A stretch of 64,000 nt of DNA from Gammaproteobacteria bacterium (lineage in GTDB: Bacteria > Pseudomonadota > Gammaproteobacteria > Ga0077536): contig JACKNG010000003.1 in the NCBI GenBank assembly GCA_024235015.1, positions 280,397 to 344,396 of the forward strand, given 5' to 3'. The notes under the pieces were generated by a model that was given only the letters and a program-made list of their open reading frames with translations, was not told the DNA's origin and did not search any database. This document shows, piece after piece, positions 8,141 to 20,873 of this stretch. Numbering within the stretch: position 1 is the first letter of the stretch; each line of letters starts with the position of its first letter. Made by a program: the position numbers and the translations under genes.

Positions 8141-9007
8141 TCAGTCGATACTGCTGGCGACGAACTCGCACAGGGCGTCGGTCAGCGGGCCGTCGGCCTC
8201 GCCCAGGCTCTCGATCACGTTGAAATGATGGCAATCGCCGAGTACCTGGTACTCGGCGCCCAGCCCGACCGCCTGGCAGGCGGCGACGTAGTCGCGCGAC
8301 TGGCGATGGAACTCCTCGGATTCGCCGCCGCCGACCGCCGCGATCAGCGGCGCGGCGGTGCGCGGCAGCTGCAGCTGCGGGCTCTCGCGCAATACCGTGT
8401 CACCGTCGAGCTGGATCATCGGCTGCAGCCACGAGTAGCGCAGCGGACGCAGGTCGAACAGGCCCGAGATCGCGTATCCCCCCTTGACGAGGTCCGGCGG
8501 CAGGCCGTACTCGCCGAGCCAGTCGGTGGCGAGCAGGCGCGCGACCTGGTGACCACCGGCGGAATGCCCGCTGACCACGATACGTTCGGGGTCGCCGCCG
8601 AAGTCTTGGACGTGGCGGTAGAGCCAGGCCAGCGCGGCGCGGCTCTGGCGGGTGATCTCACCGATCGAGACGGCCGGACACAGCGCGTAGTTGGTGACAA
8701 CGACGGTGTAGCCGCGCGCCACCGGCCCGGCGGCGACAAAGCTGAACTCCTTGGCGCTCAGGCGCCGCCAGTAACCGCCGTGGACGAACACCACCACCGG
8801 CGCATCCGGCCGCGCGGCGGGAAAGATGTCGAGTGTCTCGGCCAGGGTCGGACCGAAGGCGAGGTCGAGTTCGCAGGCGAGGGCGCTGCGCGTCCGCGCG
8901 CTGGCCTCGACGAAGAACTCCAGCCAGCGCCGCGCATCGGGCACCTGGCGCTCGATGTTGTACTGGGCGTCGATGTCGTCCTGGCTGGCGAAGTCGCGGT
9001 AGAGCAC
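8141..9007 (-). CDS. alpha/beta-hydrolase fold esterase/lipase
   Basis: HGGYW oxyanion motif (VFVHGGYWRR) and a GHSAGG nucleophile elbow. Convergent with the BVMO gene. Confidence 0.7.
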   Translation of the reverse strand: MLYRDFASQDDIDAQYNIERQVPDARRWLEFFVEASARTRSALACELDLAFGPTLAETLDIFPAARPDAPVVVFVHGGYWRRLSAKEFSFVAAGPVARGYTVVVTNYALCPAVSIGEITRQSRAALAWLYRHVQDFGGDPERIVVSGHSAGGHQVARLLATDWLGEYGLPPDLVKGGYAISGLFDLRPLRYSWLQPMIQLDGDTVLRESPQLQLPRTAAPLIAAVGGGESEEFHRQSRDYVAACQAVGLGAEYQVLGDCHHFNVIESLGEADGPLTDALCEFVASSID

Positions 9008-9092
9008 GCTGTCCTCCCGGGTTCGTGGCCCGACTAGACACCACCGCGAGCGCGTCCGTCAATCGGCGTCGCGCAGGCACCAGCCGGCGCCT

Positions 9093-11897
9093 TCACCCGG
9101 TATTGCGCAGGCCCGCGGCGATGCCGTTGATCGAGATGTGGATGCCGCGCTGCAGTCGTTCGCGCGCCGCCGCCGGCTCGCGGCCGTCGCGGTAACGCCG
9201 CAGCAGTTCGACCTGGAGGTGGTTGAGCGGGTCGAGGTAGGGAAAGCGATGAGCGATGGAACGCGCCAGGGCGGGGTTGGCCGCGAGGCGTTCCTCGGCG
9301 CCGCTGATCAGGCTGACCATGGCGTCGGTGCGCGTCCACTCGGCGCGGATGCGCTCGAAGATGCGCCGCGCGGCGCGGCGGTCCGGCACCAGTTCGACGT
9401 AACGCGCGGCGATGCCGAGGTCGGTCTTGGCTAGCACCATGTCGAGGTTGGAGACCAGCGCGCGGAAGAACGGCCAGCGCCGGTGCATGCGCTGCAGGCA
9501 CTCGACCCGCTCGGCGCGCTCGCCGGCGTCCAGCCAGGCCTCTACCGCGCTGCCGAAACCGTACCAGCCCGGCAACGCCACGCGGCACTGGCCCCAGGAG
9601 AAGCTCCAGGGGATCGCCCGCAGGTCCTCGATGGCGAAGGTGGCCTTGCGCGAGGCCGGCCGCGAGCCGATGTTGAGCGCCGCGATCTCGCTGATCGGCG
9701 TGGCCGCGGCAAAGTAGTCGACGAAGGCCGGGTCGTCGTAGACCAGGCGGCGGTAGGCCGCCATGCTCGCCGCGCTGATGGCGTCGGCGGCCTCGAGGAA
9801 GCGTTGCGGCGGGCGCTTGGTCGGGTGCAGCACGGTCGCCTCCAGGGTCGCCGCGACGAGCGTCTCGAGGTTGCGCCGGCCGATCTCGGGATGGGCGTAC
9901 TTGGCGCCGATCACTTCGCCCTGCTCGGTCAGCCGGATCTGGCCGTTCACGGTGCCGGGTGGCTGGGCCAGGATGGCCTGGTAGCTCGGCCCGCCGCCGC
10001 GCCCGACGGTGCCGCCGCGGCCGTGGAACAGGCGCAGGCGCAGGCGGTGGGAGCGCTCCAGCGGCTCGAACAACTCGACCAGGGCGACCTCGGCGCGGTA
10101 GAGCTCCCAGTTGCTGGTGAACACGCCGCCGTCCTTGTTGCTGTCGCTGTAGCCGAGCATGATTTCCTGCTCCGCGCCGCTGCGCCGGACCATGTCGAGC
10201 ACCCCGGGCAGGGCATAGAACTCGCCCATGATCTCGGCCGCGCGACGCAGGTCGGCGATGGTCTCGAACAGCGGCACCACGACCAGGTCGGCGACGGCGT
10301 CGCGGTCCAGGGTGCCGCGCACCAGCCCGGCTTCCTTCTGCAACACCAGCAGTTCGAGCAGGTCGCTGACGGCCTCGGTGTGGCTGATGATCGAATGGCG
10401 GATGGCGCCCGGCCCGTAGGCCGCGCGCGCCGCGGCAGCGGCCTCGAAGATCTCGAGTTCGCCGCTGGTCAACTCCGAGTAGCGCGCGCCGCGCACGCGC
10501 AGCGGCCGCGCATCGTTCAGCAGCGCCAGCAAGCAGGCCCGTCGGGCGTCCTCGTCGAGCGCCGGGTAATCGGCCTCGATGCGCGCCACGCGCAGCAGCT
10601 CGGCGACCACCGCCTCGTGCTTGTCCGAACTCTGGCGCAGGTCGAGGGTGGCGAGGTGGAAGCCGAACACCTGCGCGGCGCGCTTGAGCGGCGCGAGGCG
10701 CGGCGCGATCAGGGCCTCGGCATGGTGGGAGCGCAGCGAGGCGGCGATGACGTCGAGATCGGCGATGAATTCCTGCGCCGTCGCGTAGGGGTCCTGCGGC
10801 GCGACGGCGTGGCGCAGGGCCTCGGTGCCGGTGAGTTCGTGCAGGGTGGCGGCAAGCCGCGCGTAGATACCGACCAGGGCGCGGCGGTAGGGCTCGTCCT
10901 GGCGGTGCGCGCTGCGGTCGGGCGAGCGCGCGGCGAGCTTGCGCATGGCCGGGGTCACCGGCGAGAACAGGTTCGACATCGACAGCTCACTGCCGAGTTC
11001 GTGCACCTCGACCAGGTAGTGGCGCAGCGCGACCTCGGCCTGGCGCGCCAGGGCGCGGCGCAGGGTGGCCGCGGTGACGTTGGGATTGCCGTCGCGATCG
11101 CCGCCGATCCAGGCGCCCATGCGCAGGAAGCAGCCGATGTCGTGCCCGGGCAGGGCGCGCTCGACCTCGCGGTAGAGCCGCGGCACCTCGCGCAGGAAGG
11201 TCGCGTGGTAGTAGGACAGCGCGTTCTCGATTTCGTCGGCCACGGCGAGCTTGGCCGTGCGCAGCATGCGGGTCTGCCACAGCTGGGTGATGCGGGCACG
11301 GATGAGTGCCTCGTTGTCGTCGCGCTCGCGCGCGGCGACGAGGTGATCGCGGGCTTCGATGAGCCCGGCGATGGCGCGCTCGGCATCGAGGATGCTCTTG
11401 CGCTGGACCTCGGTCGGGTGGGCGGTGAGGACGGGCGAGATGTAGGCCTCGCGCAGCAGCGCGGCGATGTCGCCGGCGCGTTCGCCGCTGCGCTGCAGGC
11501 GCTCGAAGGCCAGGGCGAGCGAACCGTCCTGCAGCCGCCCGCCGCGCTCGTGGACGTGGCGACGGCGCACGTGGTGGCGATCCTCGGCGATGTTGGCGAG
11601 GTGCGAGAAATAGCTGAAGGCGCGGATCACGCTGACCGTCTGGTCGACCGAGAGATTCTTGAGCAGGCGATCGAGGGTCCGCCCGGCGCGCTTGTCCGCC
11701 TTCAGGCGATAGGCCACCGAGAGCTGGCGTACGCGCTCGATCAATTCGAACGCGGCACGCCCTTCCTGCTCGCGGATGACGTCGCCGAGGATGCGCCCGA
11801 GCAGGCGGATGTCCTCGACCAGCGGGCGGTTCTTGGCCGCGGCATCGTGATCGCCACCGGCGCCGCGTGCCTGCCCTCCACTTCGTCCCCGTGCCAT
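9093..11897 (-). CDS. ppc: phosphoenolpyruvate carboxylase
   Basis: About 930-aa protein ending ...[10 protein letters not shown], with conserved [18 protein letters not shown] and [12 protein letters not shown] motifs. Start chosen at the ATG 6 nt after GGAGG (11897); the ORF extends spuriously to 12017. Confidence 0.9.
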   Translation of the reverse strand: MARGRSGGQARGAGGDHDAAAKNRPLVEDIRLLGRILGDVIREQEGRAAFELIERVRQLSVAYRLKADKRAGRTLDRLLKNLSVDQTVSVIRAFSYFSHLANIAEDRHHVRRRHVHERGGRLQDGSLALAFERLQRSGERAGDIAALLREAYISPVLTAHPTEVQRKSILDAERAIAGLIEARDHLVAARERDDNEALIRARITQLWQTRMLRTAKLAVADEIENALSYYHATFLREVPRLYREVERALPGHDIGCFLRMGAWIGGDRDGNPNVTAATLRRALARQAEVALRHYLVEVHELGSELSMSNLFSPVTPAMRKLAARSPDRSAHRQDEPYRRALVGIYARLAATLHELTGTEALRHAVAPQDPYATAQEFIADLDVIAASLRSHHAEALIAPRLAPLKRAAQVFGFHLATLDLRQSSDKHEAVVAELLRVARIEADYPALDEDARRACLLALLNDARPLRVRGARYSELTSGELEIFEAAAAARAAYGPGAIRHSIISHTEAVSDLLELLVLQKEAGLVRGTLDRDAVADLVVVPLFETIADLRRAAEIMGEFYALPGVLDMVRRSGAEQEIMLGYSDSNKDGGVFTSNWELYRAEVALVELFEPLERSHRLRLRLFHGRGGTVGRGGGPSYQAILAQPPGTVNGQIRLTEQGEVIGAKYAHPEIGRRNLETLVAATLEATVLHPTKRPPQRFLEAADAISAASMAAYRRLVYDDPAFVDYFAAATPISEIAALNIGSRPASRKATFAIEDLRAIPWSFSWGQCRVALPGWYGFGSAVEAWLDAGERAERVECLQRMHRRWPFFRALVSNLDMVLAKTDLGIAARYVELVPDRRAARRIFERIRAEWTRTDAMVSLISGAEERLAANPALARSIAHRFPYLDPLNHLQVELLRRYRDGREPAAARERLQRGIHISINGIAAGLRNTG

Positions 11898-12037
11898 CGT
11901 CATCCTCCCGCCGTTACCGCTCGAGTGCGGACTATGCTGCACTGCGCAATGCGACGTTTCAACCGTGCGCGTCCGCATCGCGGCGGGAAACGCATAGAAT
12001 CCCGCGCGTTCAACCAACGACGGGGAGGTATCGACAC

Positions 12038-12799
12038 ATGGCTCTGCTCGACCAACGCGTGGTGCTGGTCACCGGCGGCAGCACCGGCATCGGCCGCGCC
12101 ACCGCGCGCATCCTGGCCAGCGAGGGCGCGACGGTGATCATCGCCGACGTGCAGGACGACGAGGGCGCGAACACGGTCGCGGCGATCACGCAGTCCGGCG
12201 GCCACGCCGAGTACCTGCACGTCGACGTCGGTGACTTCGCCGCGGTCGAGGCCGCGGTGGCGACCCTCGTCGAGCGTCACGGTGCCCTGCACGGCGCCTT
12301 CAACAACGCCGGTATCGAGGGCCCCACCGCCAAGATCCTCGACCTCGCCCCGGCCGAGTGGGAACGCGTCATCCGCGTGAATCTCACCGGCGTCTACCAC
12401 TGCATGAAAGCCGAGATCGCGCAGATGGTGAAACAGGACGGCGGCGGCAGCATCGTCAGCACGGCCTCCGCGGCCGGCCTCATCGGCATCCCCGGCGCGG
12501 CCGGCTACAACTCGGCCAAGCACGGCGTGGTCGGCCTGACCAAGACCGTCGCGCTCGAGTACGCGGCGCGCAACATCCGCGTCAACGCGGTGTGCCCGGG
12601 CTTCATCGAGACGCCCATGCTCGGCCGCGTGACCGAGGCCAGCGCCAAGATCCGCGAACAGATGATCGGCGCGACGCCGATGAAACGGGTCGCCCAGCCG
12701 GAGGAAATCGGCGACGCCGTGGCCTGGCTGCTGTCGGCCAGGTCGAGCTACGTCACCGGTGTCGCCCTGCCGGTCGACGGCGGCTGGGTCGCCCAGTAA
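12038..12799 (+). CDS. short-chain dehydrogenase/reductase (SDR) family oxidoreductase
   Basis: [20 protein letters not shown] Rossmann motif, NNAG, and the catalytic S...YNSAKHG (YxxxK) motif. Confidence 0.85.
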   Translation: MALLDQRVVLVTGGSTGIGRATARILASEGATVIIADVQDDEGANTVAAITQSGGHAEYLHVDVGDFAAVEAAVATLVERHGALHGAFNNAGIEGPTAKILDLAPAEWERVIRVNLTGVYHCMKAEIAQMVKQDGGGSIVSTASAAGLIGIPGAAGYNSAKHGVVGLTKTVALEYAARNIRVNAVCPGFIETPMLGRVTEASAKIREQMIGATPMKRVAQPEEIGDAVAWLLSARSSYVTGVALPVDGGWVAQ

Positions 12800-12809
12800 C
12801 GCGGACTTC

Positions 12810-13718
12810 TCACCGGCGTTCGTCGCGCCCTCGCCGCGCGGCGCGCGCCTCCCAGCCCATCACGCCGATCCCGCTCGCCGCGATGAGGACCATGCCGGCC
12901 GCGCTGAGGCCATCCGGCACCTGGCCGAAGAACCACCAGCCGGTCAGGCCCGACCACCACAGCTGCAGGTAGCTGAGCGGGGCGAGGAAGGACGCACCGG
13001 CCCAGAAGAAGGCGCGCAGCAGCAGCCACTGGCCGAGCGCGCCGAGCACACCGAGGGCCAGCAGCGTGGCCACCTGGCCGCTGCCGAGTGCATCCGGCCA
13101 GCCGCCCCAGGCATCCTGCCAGGGCAGCAGCACGGCCGACAGCAGCGCCGCGCTGAGCGCCGAGATGAACAGCGTCGTCATTGCCTCGTCGGCCACGGCG
13201 AGACGCCGGGTGAGCAACTGGAAGGCGACGTTGCAGGCGATCGCGAGCACGCCGAAGGCGATGCCGAGCGGCGCCAGCGTGCCGCCCGGGCGCACCACCA
13301 CCAGCATGCCGAGGAAACCGGCCACGGCGCCGACCCAACGCACGCGGCCGACGCTCTCGCCGAGCAGCGGCCCGGCCAGCAGCATCACCACCAGCGGGCC
13401 GACGAAGATAATGGCCGTGGCCTCGGCCTGCGGCAGGTAACGCAGCGAGGACACGAAGGTGAGACTGAAGGCGCCGAGCACGAGCCCGCGCGCGACCTGC
13501 TCGAACGGCCGCCGCGTACGCCACAACCGCCCGCGCAGGCGCGGTCCCAGCACGGCCAGCATCAACACCACCTGGGTGCCGTGGCGCACCGCGGCGATCA
13601 GCGGGATGCCCATGTCGGCCGCCAGCCACTTGCTGCTGGCATCGAGCACGGCGAGGAAAACCTGCGCACCGAGCAGGAAGGCGAGCGCGCGCAACGGGCT
13701 GAACGAGGGGGTGGACAC
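12810..13718 (-). CDS. DMT-superfamily (EamA/RhaT-like) transporter
   Basis: About 10 TM helices with two EamA-like halves. Confidence 0.65.
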   Translation of the reverse strand: MSTPSFSPLRALAFLLGAQVFLAVLDASSKWLAADMGIPLIAAVRHGTQVVLMLAVLGPRLRGRLWRTRRPFEQVARGLVLGAFSLTFVSSLRYLPQAEATAIIFVGPLVVMLLAGPLLGESVGRVRWVGAVAGFLGMLVVVRPGGTLAPLGIAFGVLAIACNVAFQLLTRRLAVADEAMTTLFISALSAALLSAVLLPWQDAWGGWPDALGSGQVATLLALGVLGALGQWLLLRAFFWAGASFLAPLSYLQLWWSGLTGWWFFGQVPDGLSAAGMVLIAASGIGVMGWEARAARRGRDERR

Positions 13719-13806
13719 GGGCGGATTCTACGCGAGCCCCGTCGCCGCCGCCGCCCCGCGCCGCGGCGACCTCACGTGCGGCGCTACGCCGCGACCGCCG
13801 CCGGCA

Positions 13807-15213
<1,407 letters not shown>

Positions 15214-15362
15214 GACGGGCCCCAGCATACACCGCGGGCGTCCGCCCCGAATCCGCTGCGCCGCTCGCGGTCTGCGGCGGGCATGGATTCTGGCTACACT
15301 GCGCTGCCCGCGTCGCGCGGCCCCGGCCGCGGCACGCCCGATCCCACGAGCCGGAGCAGACG

Positions 15363-16304
<942 letters not shown>

Positions 16305-16325
16305 GGGCGACCGCGGTCGCGACGT

Positions 16326-16631
16326 TCAGCCGTCCATCCAGCGCGCGACGAAGGGCACCGTGACCAGTGCGAACAGCGCGGCCAGCGCGACGTCGGGGTC
16401 GTAGCCCAGCTCGAGGGCGACAGCCACCGGCACGTTGGCCCCGCCCACCAGCAGCACCACCGCGACCACCAGGGCGAGGTGGCGATGCGCGACCAGCCCG
16501 GTGAGGACGAAGGCGACCAGGGTGATGGCGAGGATGTCCGGGTCGAACCCGAGGCGGGCGATGAAGCCTTCGTCGGCATTCACGCCGACGGCGAGCGACA
16601 CGGCGAAGAACACGAGTCCGAAACTGAGCAC
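16326..16631 (-). CDS. small membrane protein with internal two-fold repeat (hypothetical)
   Basis: 101 aa, 4 predicted TM segments; the two halves are similar (ARLGFDPDILAITLVAFVLTGL versus ALELGYDPDVALAALFALVTVPF). Confidence 0.35.
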   Translation of the reverse strand: MLSFGLVFFAVSLAVGVNADEGFIARLGFDPDILAITLVAFVLTGLVAHRHLALVVAVVLLVGGANVPVAVALELGYDPDVALAALFALVTVPFVARWMDG

Positions 16632-16759
16632 GGGTAACTGCCTCCCTGGCCGGCGGTTGACGCTATCGCATCGACCGGCAGGCGCCGGACTTGAGGCGGT
16701 AACCGCGTGCGGGAACGCGCGGTGGCACAGGTCGCTGGCGATCCAGGCGCCGGTCCGAT

Positions 16760-16866
16760 CAAGGGGACAGTTTACTTTTCGCCGTCGCCGCCCCTGGGAA
16801 CGGTTTACTTTGCAGCGTCACGGCGGCACACCCGCGCGCCAGGCACAAGTAAGCTGTCCCCCTTGT
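16760..16866. repeat. GGGGACAG-family extragenic hairpin repeat, copy 1 (contains an internal third half-copy)
   Basis: Left arm CAAGGGGACAGTTTACTTTT (16760-16780) and right arm CAAGTAAGCTGTCCCCCTTG (16847-16866) form an imperfect stem of about 20 bp. The loop contains GGGAACGGTTTACTTT, a related unit. The same head GGGGACAG(T)(G/T)TACTTTT occurs at 59993 and 26634. Confidence 0.55.
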
Positions 16867-16894
16867 CGGCGCCGACACGGCTCTCGCCGGCCGC

Positions 16895-17854
16895 TCAGCC
16901 CAGCAGCAGCGCGGCCGCAAGCGCCAGGCCGTGAACATGCGCGGCCAGGATGGCCGCGACGATGGTCCGATCGAGCACGGCCGGCTGCGCGGCGTGACGC
17001 CACAGGCCGCGCGCCGCGAGCAGCGCCGGCGGCAAGCCGAGCCCCGCCAGCACGACCGTCCACGGCAGCGCGCCGCGGGTGACGGCGAAGGCAAGCCAGG
17101 CATAGGCCGGCAGCACCAGCACGGCGTAGAGGCCGCGCCCGCGCCGCGCGCCGAGGCGTACCGCCAGCGTGCGCTTGCCCGCGGCAGCATCGGCGGCGCA
17201 GTCCGGGAAGGCATTGACGCCGAGCACGCCGGCCACGTGCAGCGCGTAGGCGAGGCCCACCCACCAGGGCGTCGCGGCGAAACCGCCGCGCTGGACGTAG
17301 TCCGTACCCACCACCACCAGCAGCCAGGCCAGCGCGACGACGGCCTCGCCGACGCCGCGATTCATCAGGGCCAGCGGCGGTGCCGAGTAGCCCCACGCCA
17401 GCGCCAGGCCGAGCAGGCCAATGGCGAGCAGGCCGCCACCACTCACCGCCACCAGCCACGCCCCGGCGACGACCACGCTGGCCAGCAGCAGGTAAGCGAG
17501 CCGCGCCACGCTCGCCGCCGTCAGCACGCCGTTCTGGATGAAGCGGCTGCCGCCGGTGAAGGGGAAACGCCGCGCGTGGTTCGCCGCGTCGCTGCCGTTC
17601 AACGCGTCGTGGTAGTCGTTGAGCAAGTTGCCGGCGGCGTGGGCGACGAGGGCGAACAGGGCGGCGACGCAGGCTCGCGCCGGCGCGATCGCGATACCGT
17701 CCGCAGCAGCACTCGCCAGCCCCAGCAACACCGCCACCGCGGTGATCGACAGGAAAGCCGGGCGCGTCGCCGCGAGCAGGCGCGGCAGCACATGCGGGTA
17801 GCGTGACGGCGTCGGTTCGCGCGCCGCGCGCGCGGCCGCGGGGCCGCCGCTCAT
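16895..17854 (-). CDS. UbiA-family aromatic prenyltransferase (MenA/UbiA-like)
   Basis: NDYHD and DAAAGKRTL aspartate-rich motifs in a polytopic membrane protein. Confidence 0.7.
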   Translation of the reverse strand: MSGGPAAARAAREPTPSRYPHVLPRLLAATRPAFLSITAVAVLLGLASAAADGIAIAPARACVAALFALVAHAAGNLLNDYHDALNGSDAANHARRFPFTGGSRFIQNGVLTAASVARLAYLLLASVVVAGAWLVAVSGGGLLAIGLLGLALAWGYSAPPLALMNRGVGEAVVALAWLLVVVGTDYVQRGGFAATPWWVGLAYALHVAGVLGVNAFPDCAADAAAGKRTLAVRLGARRGRGLYAVLVLPAYAWLAFAVTRGALPWTVVLAGLGLPPALLAARGLWRHAAQPAVLDRTIVAAILAAHVHGLALAAALLLG

Positions 17855-17861
17855 GGCGGTT

Positions 17862-18467
17862 TCACAGCGCCGCGGCGCGGACGTAGGCCGGGCGTGCCTG
17901 GAGCCGTTCGAGGTAGGCGACGAGACGTGGGAAGCGCCCGTCCAGCACGCCGAACACCTGGGCCGCGAACAGGGTGAAGGCCATCATGATGTCGGCCGCG
18001 GAAAAGCCGCTGTCGAGCAGGAACTCGCGCTCGCCGAGATCCGCTTCCAGTACCTCGAAAGCGATCGCCGCGCGCGCCTTGGCGTCGGCGACGAGGTCGG
18101 GATGCTGCTCCGCGTCGTCGCGGTAGCGGGTCAGCCAGACGAGACCACTCAAGGGTGCGAACGCCGTGCTCTCGGAGAAGTGCAGCCATTGCAGGTACTT
18201 CGCCCGTTCCGCGGCGCCCACCGCCGGCGCCAGCCGGCCATTGCCATGACGTTCCAGCAGGTACTCGACGATGGCCCCCGATTCGAACATCTCGACCTCG
18301 CCGTCGGCGATCGCCGGGACCTTGCCGAAGGGCGTCTGCTGCGCGAACAGGCGTCCGGCCACCGGCTTGAACACGACCGTCTCGACGGCATACTCGAGGC
18401 CGAGTTCCTCGAGTAGCCAGATGATGCGCATCGAGCGCGTGCGCGGCGCGTGGTAGACCTTGATCAT
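17862..18467 (-). CDS. glutathione S-transferase
   Basis: N-terminal thioredoxin-like GST domain (MIKVYHAPRTRSMRIIWLLEELGL...GKVPAI..ESGAIVEYL) followed by a C-terminal helical domain. Confidence 0.75.
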   Translation of the reverse strand: MIKVYHAPRTRSMRIIWLLEELGLEYAVETVVFKPVAGRLFAQQTPFGKVPAIADGEVEMFESGAIVEYLLERHGNGRLAPAVGAAERAKYLQWLHFSESTAFAPLSGLVWLTRYRDDAEQHPDLVADAKARAAIAFEVLEADLGEREFLLDSGFSAADIMMAFTLFAAQVFGVLDGRFPRLVAYLERLQARPAYVRAAAL

Positions 18468-18526
18468 CGCCGCACACCCTCCTCGCCATTCGCCACCACC
18501 ATCCCCCCACGCGCATTGCCAGCGCC

Positions 18527-20656
18527 TCAGGACGCCTTCGCCACTTCGACCAGGTTGTCGGAGAAGGTCGGCGCATGCCCCATGTCGACGAACTCCGCGC
18601 TCGACACCACGTTGACCGTGCCGCGGTTGAGCTGGCGCCAGTAGCCGAGGGTGGCGACGACGATGCCTGGGTTGACGTCGTCGGAGATCTCGGCGACCGC
18701 TTCGAAGGCGCCGCGCTCGTTGAACACCCGCACGGCCTCGCCGTCGCCGATGCCACGACGCGCCGCGTCGACGGCGTTGATGAGCAGGAACTGCTCGCCC
18801 TGGCCCTTCAGCTTGCCGGCCATGTTGGCGTAGCAGGAGTTGAGAAAGCCGTGACTCTTGGGCGAGACGATGTTGAGAGGAAAGCGCGCGGCGAGCGCCG
18901 GGTTGCTGGCCGGGCTCTCGCGCGGCGGCACGTAATCGGGCACGGCGTCGAGCGGCTCGCCGCCCTGCATGTCGGTGTACATCTGGCGGAACGGCGGCGC
19001 GACGAAATTGCCGCCGGCGGCGATGCTCGACTCGAATTCACACTTGCCGGACGGCGTGGGAAAGTTGCCTTCGCGATGCGGCGCGCGATCGTCCGCCGTG
19101 CCGAGCGCGAGGCGGACGAAACCCCGCTCGCGCAGGCTGGCGAGGTCGAAACCGGCGCAGGCCGGTGCCGACCAGTCGACGAACCGTTCCAGGCACTCGG
19201 CGTCCGACCATTGGAACTCGGGCTCGTCGTAGCCCATGCGCGCGGCCAGGCGGCGGAAGATCTCGCGGTTGGACAACACCTCGCCCGGCGGCTCGGCGCA
19301 GGCCGCGTTCCAGGTCAGGTAGTTGTGGCCCCAGGACAGGATGATGTCCTCCATCTCCGCACCCATGGCCGCGGGCAGGAGGATGTCGGCGTAGCGCGCG
19401 ACGTCGGTGACGAAATGCTCGGCGACGACGAGAAAGAGATCCTCGCGTTCGAGTCCGCGCACGATCTTGTCGCCCTCGGGCGCCTGGGTGACCGGGTTCG
19501 AGTTCCAGCACATCAGCGACAGGATCGGCGGGTCGAGCGGGATCTCGCCGGTGAGCAGGCGGCCGAGTTGGAGGTTGTTGACCGCGCGCGTGCCGGGCGG
19601 GATCCAGTCCGGCCGGCAGATGGCGTCGAAGTCGTAGGGATGCTCCCACACCGGCATGGCGAGGATGCCGCCGCCGACGTGGCGCCAGGCGCCGGTCAGG
19701 GCCGGCAGGCAGCACACCGCGCGCACCGTCTGGCCGCCACCGTGATGGCGCTCCAGGGCGACGCCGATGCGGATGGCGGCGGGCTGGGTGCCGGCGTACT
19801 CGTGGGCGAGGCGGCGGATGTCGGCGGCCGGCACCCCGGTGATGCCCTCGGCCCACTCCGGCGTGCGCGCCTGCGCCCGCGCGGCCAGCGCGTCGTAGCC
19901 CTGCGTGTAGCGCTCGACGTAGTCGCGATCGACCAGGCCGTCCGCGATCAGGACGTGGATCAGGGCCATGGCCAGCGCGCCGTCGGTACCCGGCCGCGGC
20001 GCGATGTGCCAGTCGGCCTCGCGCGCCGTGCGCGAACGGTAGGCATCGATGACGACGACCTTCGCTCCCGCCTTCTGCGCATCCTTGACGACGTGCCAGT
20101 GGTGCAGGTTGGTGCTGACGCTGTTGCAGGCCCAGATGACGATGAACTTCGCGTGGCGGAAGGACTCGGGGTCCACACCGCCACTCGGGCCGTAGGTCAT
20201 CAGCCAGGCGGTCGCCGCGCCCTCGCCGCAGAAGGTGCGTTCCATCACCGTCGCGCCCATGCGGTTGAAGAAGGCGTCGCCGCCGTTCAGCCCGTGCACC
20301 AGGCCCTGGTGGCCGAGGTAGCTGTAAGGCGCGATGGCCTGCGGCCCGTGCGCGGCGATGATCGCCTGCCAGCGCGCGGCGATGGTGTCGAGCGCCTCGT
20401 CCCACGAGATGCGCGCGAACTCGGCGCTGCCCTTGGGCCCGACCCGCTTGTGCGGGTAGAGCAGGCGCTCGGGATGGTAGTGCCGCTTCTCGTAGTCGCG
20501 CAGCTTGACGCACAGGCCGCCGCGGGTGAGCGGGTGGTCCGGGTTGCCGCGCACGCCGACCAGGCGGCCGTCCTCGACCTCGAACTGCATCGAGCAGGTG
20601 TCGGGACAATCGTGCGGGCAGCCGCCGTGGTGGATGGTGCGCGTGCTCGTCGTCAT
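18527..20656 (-). CDS. molybdopterin-dependent oxidoreductase (MopB superfamily) with N-terminal Cys cluster
   Basis: N-terminal CPHDCPDTC...C 4Fe-4S-type motif followed by molybdopterin dinucleotide-binding domains. Standalone, with no partner subunits in the window; substrate is unknown. Confidence 0.75.
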   Translation of the reverse strand: MTTSTRTIHHGGCPHDCPDTCSMQFEVEDGRLVGVRGNPDHPLTRGGLCVKLRDYEKRHYHPERLLYPHKRVGPKGSAEFARISWDEALDTIAARWQAIIAAHGPQAIAPYSYLGHQGLVHGLNGGDAFFNRMGATVMERTFCGEGAATAWLMTYGPSGGVDPESFRHAKFIVIWACNSVSTNLHHWHVVKDAQKAGAKVVVIDAYRSRTAREADWHIAPRPGTDGALAMALIHVLIADGLVDRDYVERYTQGYDALAARAQARTPEWAEGITGVPAADIRRLAHEYAGTQPAAIRIGVALERHHGGGQTVRAVCCLPALTGAWRHVGGGILAMPVWEHPYDFDAICRPDWIPPGTRAVNNLQLGRLLTGEIPLDPPILSLMCWNSNPVTQAPEGDKIVRGLEREDLFLVVAEHFVTDVARYADILLPAAMGAEMEDIILSWGHNYLTWNAACAEPPGEVLSNREIFRRLAARMGYDEPEFQWSDAECLERFVDWSAPACAGFDLASLRERGFVRLALGTADDRAPHREGNFPTPSGKCEFESSIAAGGNFVAPPFRQMYTDMQGGEPLDAVPDYVPPRESPASNPALAARFPLNIVSPKSHGFLNSCYANMAGKLKGQGEQFLLINAVDAARRGIGDGEAVRVFNERGAFEAVAEISDDVNPGIVVATLGYWRQLNRGTVNVVSSAEFVDMGHAPTFSDNLVEVAKAS

Positions 20657-20873
20657 AGCCTGATCTCCCCGGTAGTGAGCGGCGCGCGCGCCTGCACTGT
20701 CGCGGTGCAGTTGCGGCGGCGGCGCGCGGCCACCTCATGCTAGCAGTCCGCATCGCCACGCGCACTGAACCACCCTACGGCGGCGCACGTAGCAGTAACA
20801 GTGGCAAACTTCGGCGAGAAGACGGCTTGGCCACGTCGCCGTTGGCCCCGGCATCGCTGCAGGATGTACGCAC

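Noticed and set aside
18527-20656. Molybdopterin oxidoreductase as a third selenoprotein
   Set aside because: The ORF is uninterrupted over 709 aa with no in-frame TGA, so it is a Cys/Ser-type enzyme.
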